A stretch of DNA of 64,000 nucleotides from the human T2T-CHM13v2.0 reference genome, Homo sapiens: assembly GCF_009914755.1 (NCBI RefSeq), contig NC_060935.1. One strand, given 5' to 3'. The notes under the pieces were generated by a model, which saw only the letters and a list, made by a program, of their open reading frames with translations, searched no databases and was not told where the DNA came from. The translations under genes and the position numbers were made by a program. Below are positions 18,833 through 36,556 of this stretch, piece after piece (position 1 is the first letter of the stretch; every line of letters begins with the position of its first letter).

Positions 18833-21800
18833 AGAAGATGGAAGTTTAAGGGGACACAGATGTAATGAGATAAGGAAGGGGGAGCTGTAAGAACAGGTGC
18901 CTATGTTTGGATAATCGGATTTTGTCAGAGTATTACTTTTAGGTGATGACAAGGCTCAGAGTGTGACCAAGGGGATGCGTGGCCTGAGCAGTAAGAAGGG
19001 CTAAGGTCATTGGAGACAAGGGGGTTAGAGACTTTAAGATTAAGATATAGAAGGTGTTATCCGCAGGGACACTAAATCACCCAGGATGATGGCAGTATTT
19101 CTCCTGGGAAGTCTGTGAGTCAGGGGCCAAAGTCCTCAGTGAATGTAGGGGAAGTGCCGAGGAAAGGAGCCCAAAAACAGTGGTGATGTGAAAGAGGCAG
19201 TGAGGACGGGGCATGTGGACCACCTTCCTCCTTGTCACATGGTAGGGAGGCTATCTTGATGAAGTTAGCAAGGACTCATGCCATGTCCTCAGCCAGGTTT
19301 CAGTTAAAGCAGAAAGTGGAGGGAGCTCCCATCTGTAAATGAACCAAGGTTCCAGGTGATACAGGCTCAGGACGCTGTAGTAATAGCCGGAAACACAGAG
19401 GGCAGCATCATCCCAAGAGTGTAGGAGAGGCCCACTGTCGGATTCACTTGCATTTTGGGAGTCAGCCTAGGATGACAGGAAGAGTTGGGGGCATCATGGG
19501 GCTGATTGAAGAGGCACTAAAAGAGACCAGGATTGACTTGGCTTCCACGCTGTGCAGACCAAGGCCCTAGGCTATGCCTATAGCTTGGTATGCACCAAGT
19601 TCCCAACAGAAATTTGGTGAGCCTCTGCAGGGCCTGGCCCTGGTGAGGAGAGGGATAACTAGACCTAAGTCAGAATAGAAGTAGACAGTGGTCTCCTGGA
19701 CCCCCTGGGTGGATATGTCTTTGTCATGGACTCTGTAGTCGGTCTCCCATCCATTCACACACTGTTCTCTATGGAGGAGCTCTTTAGGTAGACTGGCTTC
19801 ACTTCCAGCCTCAGGGGCGTGTCCTAAATCAGTTAGAAAAATCCCATCCCCGGGCCCAGTGTTTGGGTCAGGGAATGGCCCAAGCCAGCTCTACCCTCCT
19901 CTGTGTGTTGACTTTTCTCTGGTCACAGGGGTTGCTTTGGAGTGAATCTATGACAAACATTGACCCAAACAGATTGAAGCCCAGTAATTTGAAGTGAGAT
20001 TGAAGTCTAGTGCAAAGATGTAAAATCTTTAAAAACTGCAGCCATTTCTACCCCTATAAGGAGAAACAACTTGTCTGAGTCCATTCTTTTTTTTTTTTTT
20101 TTTTTTTTGAGGCGGAGTTTTGCTCTTGTTGCCCAGGCTGGAGTGCAGTGCTGCAATCTAGGCTCATGGCAACATTTGCCTCCCAGGTTGAAGCGATTCT
20201 CCTGCCTCAGCCTCCAGAGTAGCTGGGATTACATGCATGCACCACCACGCCCGGCTTATTTTGTATTTTTAGTAGAGATGGGTTTTCTCCATGTTGGTCA
20301 GGCTGTTCCCGAACTCCTGACCTCAGGTGATCTGCCCGCCTTGGCCTCCCAAAGTGCTGGGATTACAGGCGTGAGCCACTGTGCCCGGCCGCCTGGCTAA
20401 TTTTTTTTATTATTATTAATTTGTAGTTTTTGTAAGCAAGATACAGGGTCTTGCTTGGTTTCTCAGGCTGATCTCGATCTCCTAGGATTAAGTGATCCTC
20501 CCACCTCAGACTCCCAAATGTTCTTTATTATCGACACCAGTTTGAACTGGATTTTCTGTTACCATGCCTTACCTGAGAGCATCCCAGCTGAGAGAAACAA
20601 ACCTTAGACATCCCTTTGCCCCATTAGCTCCCACCCATCTTCCGGGACCAAGGTATGTATGGGGGCTGGGCATGTGTAGATTCTGGAGTTCTCAGCCCTC
20701 AGTGGACTGTGATTCTGAAGGCAGCTGGATGTAAACTGTGAGTCGGGGAGGGGGTCAGCTTTCTCTGTCAGAGACTATTTGACCCCCAGCCCCTATCTTG
20801 GTGACTCAGACATTTAGTTGTATTTTGTAGAATCTTTTGCATGACCACACCTGACTTTCTTAGTAATCTCCCTAAATTAGTTTTCTGTTAATAAGAATGT
20901 TTCTTGTCTCTGATCCATACCACGTGGTTATTATGTGCTTTTCCTTCCCACTCTTATTCATTCAGTGAATATTTATCAAGCGTCTACCAGGTGGCAGGCA
21001 CCATTCTGGGCACTGGGGATACATCAGTGAACAAAATAGACAACAATCCATGCCCTTGGGGCTTATAGGATTACATTCTAATAGGGAGATATAGACAATA
21101 AACAAAATAAACAAGTAAAAAATATATAACTTTAAACAGTGATAAAATGGGCCAGGCATGGTGGCTCACTCCTGTAATCTTAGTGCTTTAGGAGGCTGAG
21201 GTGTAGGATTGCTTGAGGATCAGAGTTTGAGACCATCTTGGGGAACATAGTGAGAGCCCTGTCTCTACAAAAAATAAAAATAAAAAATTAGCCAGGCATG
21301 GTGGCACATGCCTGTGGCCCTGGGAGGATGGGGCAGGAGGACTGCATGAGCCCAAGAGTTCAAGGCTGTGGTGAGCTATGATCACGCCACAGTACTCCAG
21401 CCTGGGTGGTAGAGCAAGACCCTGTCTTGAAAAAGGCAATAAAATGCTAAAGTGGAAAATTCAAATCAGGGAGTTTTTGTGTGTGTTTATTTTAGATAGG
21501 TTGTATAGGGAAGGCCTCACTCAGAAAGTTGCTTTGGCTTTTGTGTAAAGACCTCAACAAACTGAGACGTGGACCACGGATGAGTATGGAGGGGAAGATC
21601 ACTCTCAGTAGAGGGAACAAGTCCAAGGGCCTTGAGGTGGGCACATGTCTGGTGTGTTTGAGGAACGGCAAGGAGGCCAATTCGACCCAGAGGGGTGATG
21701 GAAGGGTAGAGTAGGAGGTCACAGAGGTGATGAAGCTGGTCACATGGGGCCTTGTGACTTGCTGTTAGTTGGCTGGGTGCGGTGGCTCACACCTGTAAAC

Positions 21801-21833
21801 CCAGCACTTTGGGAGGCTGAAGCCGGTGGATCA

Positions 21834-22166
<333 letters not shown>

Positions 22167-22610
22167 TTAATTTTTTTTTGAGACAGGGTCTTGCTCTGTT
22201 GCCCCGGCTGGCATGCAGGGGTGTAATCATGGCTCACTGCAGCCTCAACCTCCCTGGCTGAAGTGATCCTCCTGCCTTATCCTCCTTAGTAGCTAGAACT
22301 TACAGGCATGTCCCAACACGCCTGGCTAATTAAAATTTTTTTTTTGTAGAGACAGGGTGTTGCTGTGTTGCCCAGACTGGTCTTTAACTCCTAAACTCAA
22401 GGGATCTGCTCGCCTCTGCCTCCCACAGTGATGAGATTACAGGTGTGGGCCATGGTGCCCAGCTGGGACATTTAAATTTGCAGTGCCTATCAGACATCTA
22501 AGTGGAGAGGTCAAGAAGACAGGTGCATATCTGAGTCTGGAGTTCAGGGTTGAGGTTCAGGTTAGGGATTTATTTGAGGCTCACTAGAAAAGTGATGGTA
22601 ATTAAAACTA

Positions 22611-22928
<318 letters not shown>

Positions 22929-23661
22929 CTACAAAACTGGATAATCCCACTCAAGACTTTTTGCCTTTATTGTGATGACCGTTTTTCTGAGCTGTGACAG
23001 TACTTTAATTCACATGTTTAGATATTATTTAGAAAAGGACTGAGCATGCTGCAAATGAAGACATAACATTTCATGTCTGGCAGACTCTAGCTTTGAGAAG
23101 AGGATGGGGTGAAGCAAACTTTTGGCAATGTCACCTTCCACTGAGGTTAAGTTTTTGTTTAGTTAAGATAAGAAACAGGTATTTGACTATATTGCTTCTG
23201 CTTAATACATTTCTTGTGGGTCTTAATATGTATATAAAGTAAGTTAATTTAAACATTTCTTCCGTGTTACTGTGTGCATGGTTAAAAGGCAATCAGTTGA
23301 TGTTCTACTACAGTATGATCTTGCCTCAAGGTCACTATATTTTCTGTTCCCTTTGCCTGGATCACTCTTCCCACAGGTGTGAATGAGGTTTGCTCCCTCA
23401 CTTCATTCGTGTTGCTCTGTTCAAATGTCATCTTATCAGGGAGGCTTACCCTGACTAACCAAGCTGATGCAATTAGCACGTCCCATTGCTCATGGTTCTA
23501 TTTTTCTTCCTACCGCTACCACCACCTTGCATCATGTATATTTGTTTCTTTGTTGTCTCTTCCCTCCATTATAGTGAGATCTTACAGTAGTATTTAATCT
23601 GCAATAGGAACTCCCTAATAGCTGTTTGTTGAATAAATGAAGATCACTATATTGCTATTCA

Positions 23662-24012
<351 letters not shown>

Positions 24013-24586
24013 TCAGGAGGCTGAGACAGGAGAATCACTTGAACCTGGGAGGCAGAGGTTGCAGTGAGGCAACACTGCACTCTAGCCTGTGCAACAGAGC
24101 AAGACTCCGTCTCAAAAAAACCAGATAGAGTTGTATGAAGCAATGGTGACTATTATTTTACCATGCTGCTAACATTATGCATTATTTTTTTTCTGTTTTT
24201 CTATTATATTTTTTTCTATTTATTTTTACAGAAACAGCGTCTCACTATTGCCCAGGTTGGAGTGCACTGGTGTGATCATAGCTCACTGTAACTCTCAGGC
24301 TTAAAGGGATCCTCCCACCTCAGCCTCCCAAGTAGCTAAGACTACTAGAGCACAGCACCATGCTGGACTAATTTTTAAATTTTTTGTAGTGACAGGGTCT
24401 CACTCTGTTGCCCAGGCTGGTCTCCAACTCCTGGCCTCAAGGGAACCTCCTGCCTTGGCCCCCAGTGAACTGATATTACAGGCATGAGCCACTGCATCCA
24501 GCCTGCATTATAATTTTAAAACATTTTTGCTACTTTAGTAGATGTAAGGTGTTATGTCATAACTGTTTTAAGTTTAAAGTTTCTGA

Positions 24587-24951
<365 letters not shown>

Positions 24952-25505
24952 TGATCCACCCGCCTTGGCCTCCTAAAGTGCTGGGATTACAGGCGTGAGC
25001 CACTGCACCTGGCCTATAAACAAGCTTTTATACATTTCAGGTAGTATTTGCTTGTCACTTGGTGCAGACATTTTTCTCAATCTGTTGTCTTTTTAAAATT
25101 CTGTCCAGTTTTTGTATTTTTGAACGTTAGTCTTCCTTTGTTGTTTCTTCTGTTGTTTCAAAGTTTTGAGAACGCTGACGTTTATCCATAAATATAACTG
25201 CCTTATCCTATTAAATATATAGTTTCTATGGCTGTTCTTTAAAATATTTAGCACTTTAATCCACTTGGTGTTTATTTTGAAATACGATGTGAAACACATT
25301 TTTGTCCTCCAAATTTTCATTCATTTATCTGCGCATTCTTTACATAGTTCATCTTTTCTTACTGCCGTGTTTGGGAATGTTATTTTACTATGTATCCCAT
25401 CAGGATTAATGCGTGTGTTTGTTCAGTCTCATTCCTTTCCGTTGATCTCAGCTTCTATTTTTGTTTCTGCTCTTAGTCACTGCCCAGCAGCGCCAAAGGA
25501 ACATC

Positions 25506-25519
25506 CCGCCCCCTGCAGG
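25506..25519 (-). promoter_or_regulatory. CTCF-like motif (reverse orientation)
   Basis: Minus strand reads CCTGCAGGGGGCGG versus core consensus CCASYAGRKGGCRS. Confidence 0.6.
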
Positions 25520-26405
25520 CAGCTGGTGTCCCCACAACCTGGGAAGCCTGGGGCAGGGCCTCAGGGGACTCCTGGTGTTAGTCCTCCGAGCCCGGGTGGA
25601 CGTGTCGCTCTGTCCCTGCGGGAGGATTCGGGGCCCCTTTGACAGGCCTCCTTCTATGCCGGTTTCCTGGGGCCTCGAGCTTCCTGGGTTCCACGTCTCT
25701 AGTAACCAGTAGAGACGGGCCTTTACCCTGCCGTTGGGTGGGGACTGTCCCCTTCTGGGCTCTTCCTTTCGGGCCTTTCCACCTCTCCGACCCCAGGGCA
25801 TTCGCCCCACCACGTTGCCGGCACAGTGCTGGCTCCGCGGCCCGCGGTTCTGGCAGTCAGCGCGGAATGCCATGGCACCGAGCCTCTGTGTCTAGATGAG
25901 TTCTGGGCGCTGATTTTCCAGGTCACTCGGAAGCTGCTCTCTGGGCCCGCCTGTTTCCCTTCCCTTTGCCTCCTTGTCCCGCTTCCCTCGCAGTATACCA
26001 CTCACTGTACCCCTCCTAAAAAGGACCACTGCAGGAAGCGTTATTGAAGCAGACACGGTTCAAACACGAAAAACAAACTCTTCTTTATTCAACAGATGTG
26101 CACGAATCTATTGTGTGTTAGATACGGGTAAGTTTCTGATAAGTCGTGCACTGAGCCAGTCCCGGCTCCTAGAACCGCGTTTACGTGCCGAAGTCTCAAT
26201 CAGATTAAGAGCGTCTGGGGAGAGCGGGGCGGGGATAGAAGGAGGTGTTGGGGCTAGGGGTAGGACTGTTCTGGAGGCGTGGGTAAGGGGGAGTGGGCTG
26301 TGCTGTGCGCCCCTCCCCTCGCTATCTCCCCATTCATCCGCAGACCCGGGGCCCCACGCGCCGCTCCTGGGCAGGGCCGTGCACCCGGAAGGCGCCGAGG
26401 CGCGC

Positions 26406-26419
26406 CCAGCAGAGGGAGC
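26406..26419 (+). promoter_or_regulatory. CTCF-like motif (forward orientation)
   Basis: CCAGCAGAGGGAGC versus core consensus CCASYAGRKGGCRS. Confidence 0.6.
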
Positions 26420-27862
26420 ATGCGGGCAGGGCATTCCGCGGGTACCCGCGGAGCAGGACGGCCACCCACGCCGGGGCCCCTGGGGCTCCACCCAGGACGC
26501 ACACCCGGAGAGACCCAATGACTGCGTTTCGCACCTGGGCGCAAGCTGGTTACTGGGCACGCGCTGACAACCCACATCTGGAAAACCCGGTCCTAACTGG
26601 AGAATAAAACTTAAATGCACGTGAACTCACCGGCAGCTGAACATTTCCGTGAGAAAACCCCTAAAAGCCGGCACCGGCTCCGGTGGGGCCACAGAGTCTC
26701 TGGAGCGAGGCTCTCTCCAATGCCTGGGCCCTGGGACCGAGCAACTGTCCCAGTAGAATCCCTTTCGGGCTTTGTTGCAGGGATAGGGGATTCTTTTTAA
26801 CGTGTTCCTTGGCTTGCACAGGCATTTACTGGTCCTCTGGAGATCACATATAACAGGAAGTCTCTAAATTCAGTATTTCTTTTAAATGAAGTTGTATTTA
26901 TTCATCACATTTCTATCAGTAGACTTGAAAAACAGCGTACACGTTTTATACATTGTATGTAGGACATTGTATTTATTCAGGTCCATCAGAGAGTCTTAAT
27001 CTGGGGTATGGGGACAACTAGGAGTGGATAGGATTCAGGGAGCCCATGAAACTCCTGAGATTGTTTCATATTTTAGGGCAAATGTGCAATTTTTCTGGGA
27101 AGAAGTTCTGTCGTTTTTATGATTACCAGGGTTCATAACCTTAGTTTGGTTAAGAAATGCTGGTCTAAGGTCAATGCTCAGCAGGTTTATGGATTCAGAA
27201 CTCATTGCACTAGCACTGAAGCCCCCTTGAGGGCCCGAAGCCCCCATTCTGGACCCCTGCAGGAGAATTTGGTTCTCCAGTGAAGGTCACTAGAGCCTGG
27301 ACTTGATTTTCTCTCCCTACAGGAAGGCCCCCCAAAACTCCAAGGGGCACAGTTGTTTTCGTTTTAAGGCCATATTAGGTTCAAGTAGATTTACTTCTGC
27401 ATTTCTCTGTCTTAAATAGAAATAACTCTCTGGTGGGTATTTTCCCCTGGGTTAGTCATGCAAATACTCTATGCTTCACTTACTACCCATTTCAACCTCT
27501 GGGACAGCCCTTCTGCACAGACCTGGCCCAGGACCCTTCTGCCAACCACACATGGGAGTCTCTGGGGAACTTGGGTGCTGACTTCACTGGGCTGGGATTT
27601 TCCTCAACCAGTGTGCCCAGGGAGTTAAAACGTGTTCCTTTTATGGAAAAAAAGAGTATAAGTTTTTTGTTTGTTTGTTTGTTTGTTTTTACTTGTGAGG
27701 AATAAAAGATTACAAAACTACCCATAATCCCCTTAATAGGCCTAACACAATAACCAATTTTGTTTTAAATCTCAGCTTTCCTATGTGTATGTATTTTGCA
27801 TTGTTGTGATTATAGCAGTACTGTATGTAATTATATATTGAGTTGCTCTGTTTTGCAATTGA

Positions 27863-28374
<512 letters not shown>

Positions 28375-28489
28375 TAGTGGTGGTGGTGTGTCATGAACGT
28401 TGTGCTCATGCTGAGGTCTCTTCTTTTCCCTAGCCAGTTTCTGATGTCATGAACTCTCAAGTTCCAGAGAAGTCATGCTTTCAACATTA

Positions 28490-31270
<2,781 letters not shown>

Positions 31271-33011
31271 TGGGTGAAGGGCACAGGCAAAAAATTGCAA
31301 GGGCCTGGACCAAGGCAGGGAATGAAAGCATATTTTAAAACACACTGCAGTGACAGTCTTAAAAAACAGGAAGTTAGAGAAACCATGTAGTCATTTGTTC
31401 ATTCATTCATTCAGTTAATCATTCATCAAATGCCTTCTCTGCACTTTCAGCATGGAAGACACTGGGAATATCAGTACTATGTCCAGACAGACCTTTAACT
31501 CAAAAGATGAAGCACCCAGCCAGGTGCAGTGGCTCACACCTGTAATCTCAGCACTTTGGGAGGCTGACACAGGTGGATCACCTGAGGTTAGGAGTTTGAG
31601 ACCAGCCTGGCCAACATGATGAAACCCCATATCTACTAAAATACAAAAATTAGCCAGGCATGGTGGCGTGCAACTGTAATCCCAGCTACTCAGAAGGCTG
31701 AGGCAGAAGAATTGCTTGAACTCAGGAGGTGGAGGCTGCAGTGAGCTGAGATCACGCTACTGCACTCCAGCCTGGGCGACAGAGCGAGACAAAAAAAAAA
31801 AAAAAAAGGCGAAGCACACAAGTGTTATAATCTTTGAGCAGGACATTTGTCTCACTCTCACGGAGCTACCAATATGTTGCAGGAGCAGCCAAATATCTCA
31901 AGGTGGGATGAATGAAGTGAACTGGCTGGTGCTCCTCCAGTAAATACTGTCCTTTTATTGCCCAGGGGCTCTGGACCTGCCTCGGGTCAAGAAGGGCACA
32001 AAAGCGGGATCAGAAGACCAAAGCTTTCCAAGCAGCTGTGTGGGGCAGCTGTGCAACTGAGACCATGCTCAACCTTCCCTTCCTCATCCCCTGTGAACTC
32101 TCTGAGGCCAGTCAATTCCTGGGGTGGGACATGCTGGTGGGTGGAAGGAATGTGGGGAAGAGCTACCAGTTACACCAAATAGAGATTCATCCAGGTTAAC
32201 CAGCAGGTTTTTCAAACATGCAAGTCCCTGAAAGGACTGAAATATATGGGTACCAGAGTTAGTAGAGCCCCAGAAGGGGAATCTGCCTGCAGGGTCTATG
32301 CACAGAAGTTCTCTGGGCCCTGGGTCTCAGAGGCATCTGGAAACACAAAGAGTGGGGCAGTGTTATTCCTTACTACCCTCAGGGTGTGAGTGTACCTGCA
32401 GCTGAGCACATTGAGTTAGGCCTTCAGGGCAGGCACAGATCCAGATTTAGACCCAGGGTTACCCAGGAGTTAGGCTTCCTCACCTTTTGACTCCTCTCCT
32501 CTCTAGCTAGTCTATGTTTTTTCCCACCTGAGGTGTGGTATTATAGAAATCATTCCATTTTGTAACTGCAATAGCTTTAAGAAAATGAAATGGGTGGGAC
32601 AAAGGGGTTAATTTTTCACTTTTTACATTTTGGTGTTATATGAGTTCTTAAAACGAGCCAGGGTTATTTTTGTTATTTTATTTTATTATTTGAGATGGGG
32701 TCTCACCCTGTCGCCCAGGCTAGAGTGCAGTGGTGCAATCATGGCTCGATGCAACCTCAACTTCCCCTGGCTCAGGTGATTCTCCCACCTCAGCCTCCCA
32801 ATAAGCTGGGACTATAGTTGCATGCCACCATGCCTGGCTAATTTTTGCATTTTTTGTAAAGATGGGGTTTTGCCATGTTGCCCCTCAAATTCCTCAGCAC
32901 AAGCAATCCTCATGCTTTGGCCTCCCAAAGTGCTGGGATTACAGGCATGAGCCACCACCGCGCCCGGCTCCAAGAAAATTCTTACCAAAACGTAACAAAT
33001 TAATATTACTT

Positions 33012-33313
<302 letters not shown>

Positions 33314-34206
33314 TTATATGTTTCATTATTTCATATAGAGGAAACTTATGTAGCCCAATATACTGAGAAAGAATTGGAGACATAAAAATATTAACTTTAG
33401 TATGCCTTGCCAATATAATTTTTTGTTTGTTTGTTTGTTTTAGAGACCAGGTTTCGCCATGTTGTCCAGGCTGATCTTGAACTCCTGGACTTAAGCAATC
33501 CATTCGTCTAGGCCTCCCAAAGTGCTAGGATTACAGGTGTGAGCCACCATGCCTGGACCAAATATAATTATTTAAAAATAAAATGTTTTATCTTACTATG
33601 GGCTTTATAGTTTGTCGGAACCTTAGAGCTACAGAAGCAACTCATTCAACTTAGGAAAATATGTGTCATATAACCAAATTGACAAAACCAGTCTTATTAT
33701 CAAATTAATAGCCAATTAGGCTTCAGTTTTCAATTTCAATAAAATGTGTGTTTCCTTATCTCTTGTCTGAATTCTAGTTCTAAATTGAATAACTATCCAA
33801 GGCAGAGAGCAAGGCCCTGAGTTTGTGCTGGGATGACAGAAGGTGCTGCCGTGTTTGGTATTTCCTACTGAACTTCTATTTCTTTTGCCCTCATAGGATT
33901 CTGTTTTGGAAGCAAAGCATTCTTTCACAGCAGTCTAGAGATGGGAGAAGGAATAAAGCTTGTTATTCCTTGGTCAATATCTCTAACATCTCAACATGTG
34001 CTAAGTTACACTGTTTCCACTGTGGTGCTTCAAACTTAACAGAAATATGTATAAGACAGGGAAAGACTTGAAGCCTCCTATAGGTGTCCTGTTTAAAGAG
34101 ATGAATTTTTAATATCCTGGACCAATTTGCAATATAAGATTCAGGATGGGTAAGAGATGTACCTTTCTTTTGCAAAGAGAAAGGGAGATTGTGAAAGGGG
34201 AGATGG

Positions 34207-35757
34207 TGGGTCCGGAATTGGTGGGTTCTTGGTCTCACTGACTTCAAGAATGAAGCCGTGGACCCTCGCGGTGAGTGTTACAGCTCTTAAGGTGGCGTGT
34301 CTGGAGTCTGTCCCTTCTGATGTTCAGATGTGTTCGGAGTTTCTTCCTTCTGGTGGGTTTGTGGTCTCGCTGGCTCAGGAGTGAAGCTGCAGACCTTCGC
34401 CGTGAGTGTTACAGCTCTTAAGGCAGCGCGTCTGGAGTTGTTCGTTCATCCCGGTGGGCTCCTGGTCTCCCTGGGCTCAGGAGTGAAGCTGCAGATCTTC
34501 ACGGTGAGTGTTACAGCTCATAAAAGCAGTGTGGACCCAAAGAGTGAGCAGTAGCAAGATTTATTGCAAAGAGCGAAAGAACAAAGCTTCCACAGCGTGG
34601 AAGCAGACCCCAGCAGGTTGCCAATGCTGGCTCGGGCAGCCTGTTTTTATTCTCTTATCTGGCCCCACCCACATCCTGCTGATTGGTAGAGCCAAGTGGC
34701 CTGTTTTGTCAGGGTGCTGATTGGTGCGTTTAAAATCCCGGAGCTAGATACAAAGGTTCTCCACGTCCCCATCAGATTAGTTAGATACAGAGTTTCCACA
34801 CGCAGGTTCTCCAAGGCCCCACCAGAGCAGCTAGATACAGAGTGTCAATTGGTGCATTCACAAACCTTGAGCTAAACACAGGGTGCTGATTGGTGTGTTT
34901 ACAAACCTTGAGCTAGATACAGAGTACCGATTGGTGTATTTACAATCCTTGAGCTAGACATAAAGGTTCTCCACGTCCTCACCAGAGTGGCTAGATACAG
35001 ACTGTCGATTGGTGCACTCACAAACCTTGAGCTAAACACAGGGTGCTGATTGGTGTATTTACAATTCCTGAGCTAGATATAAAGACTCTCCACGTCCCCA
35101 CCAGACTCAGGAGCCCAGCTGGCTTCACCTAGTGGATCCCGCACCGGGGCTGCAGGTGGAGCTGCCTGCCAGTCCTGCGCCGTGTGCTCGCATTCCTCAG
35201 CCCTTGGGTGGTCGATGGGACTGGGCGCCGTGGAGCAGAGGGTGGCGCTCGTCGGGGAGGCTCCGGCCACACAGGAGCCCATGGAGTGGGTGGGAGGCTT
35301 AGGCATGGTGGGCTGCAGGTCCCGAGCCCTGCCCCGTGGGAAGGCAGCCAAGGCCCGGCGAGAAATCGAGTGCAGCGCCGGTGGGCCAGCACTGCTGGGG
35401 GACTCAGTACACCCTCTGCAGCCATTGGCCCGGGTGCTAAGTCTCCCATTTTGCCCAGAGCCAGCAGGGCTGCCTGGCTGCTCCGAGTGCGGGGCCCACC
35501 AAGCCCACGCACACCCGGAACTCCAGCTGGCCCGCAAGTGCCGCACACAGCCCCGGTTCCCGCTCATGCCTCTCCCTCCACACCTCCCTGCAAGCTGAGG
35601 GAGTGGGCTCCGGCCTTGGCCAGGCCAGAAAGGGGCTCCCACAGTGCAGTGGGGGACTGAAGGGCTCCTCAAATGCCACCAAAGTGGGAGCCCAGGCAGG
35701 GGAGGTGCCGAGAGCAAGCGAGGGCTCTGAGGACTGCCAGCACGCTGTCACCTCTCA
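34207..35757 (-). mobile_element. Full-length solo LTR12C (ERV9 LTR)
   Basis: Minus strand starts TGAGAGGTGACAGCGTGCTGGCAG and ends CCAATTCCGGACCCA. Perfect 4-bp TSD ATGG at 34203-34206 and 35758-35761. Tandem CCAAT/GATA-bearing repeats at 34680-35080. Confidence 0.93.
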
Positions 35758-35831
35758 ATGGGAAAGGACAACAGGCATGATGGTAGACACTGAAGGTGCA
35801 TCCTTAGGTCAATTTTATGCAAAAGTACCTA

Positions 35832-35963
<132 letters not shown>

Positions 35964-36556
35964 TTATTAAAAATTGAAAACAATTTTTTAAAATTAAGAA
36001 AAATGTCTATGGAAGTCAAAGTTCCCCTCAAACTGTTCATTCTTGCATAAACCTTGATATCCCAGAGACCAATATCTCAAAGCATAGTTATAATCACTGA
36101 CTTCCCAACCAAAGGCTTCTGCAGCTTCTGCTTGCCTGCAGTTGTAGCTCCTAATCTCATTATCATCAGAAGCATGATGCTTCAGACTAATCATAATCAT
36201 GATTATGATTCAGGATTGCAGGAGTGGGGCTCCAACACATGCATGTTTATGAAGCTCCCACGTAATTCCGATGGTCAGTGAGACTAAAGCCTTTTGATGA
36301 GAACTTGAGCTCCTCCTGCTTCATAGCCTTTCCCTCCATCCCTGCTGCGTAATTATCATCGATGACTCCACCATCCAGGTGGGTGACCTCCCAACACCCA
36401 GGCCTCTCAATTCTTTGGCCTTCTAGCCACCAATGACATTCCCTCTACTCCTCTCACTCCTGTGGATACACCCTGAACCTTACCACCAGAATCTTCCCCA
36501 CCTCTAAATTCTGCACCTTCCGCTTCTTTATCTCATTTGTTCTAGTCACTTCATGT

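Larger units (their letters stand above)
25480..26720. promoter_or_regulatory. Orphan CpG island / candidate insulator or promoter
   Basis: Abrupt GC- and CpG-rich, largely repeat-free block with a GC box (GGGGCGGGG 26226-26234), E-box CACGTG 26618-26623 and two CTCF-like motifs. Confidence 0.85.

Noticed and set aside
25448-26620. Overlapping 100-197 aa ORFs in the CpG island
   Set aside because: Present on both strands, Pro/Gly/Ala/Arg-rich, mostly non-ATG starts, no recognisable domain; expected from stop-codon scarcity at high GC.
34680-35080. Spaced ~40-bp repeats superficially like a CRISPR array
   Set aside because: Known tandem enhancer repeats of LTR12; no unique spacers and eukaryotic context.
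35073-35751. Long ORFs up to 214 aa
   Set aside because: Entirely within the GC-rich U3 of LTR12C.
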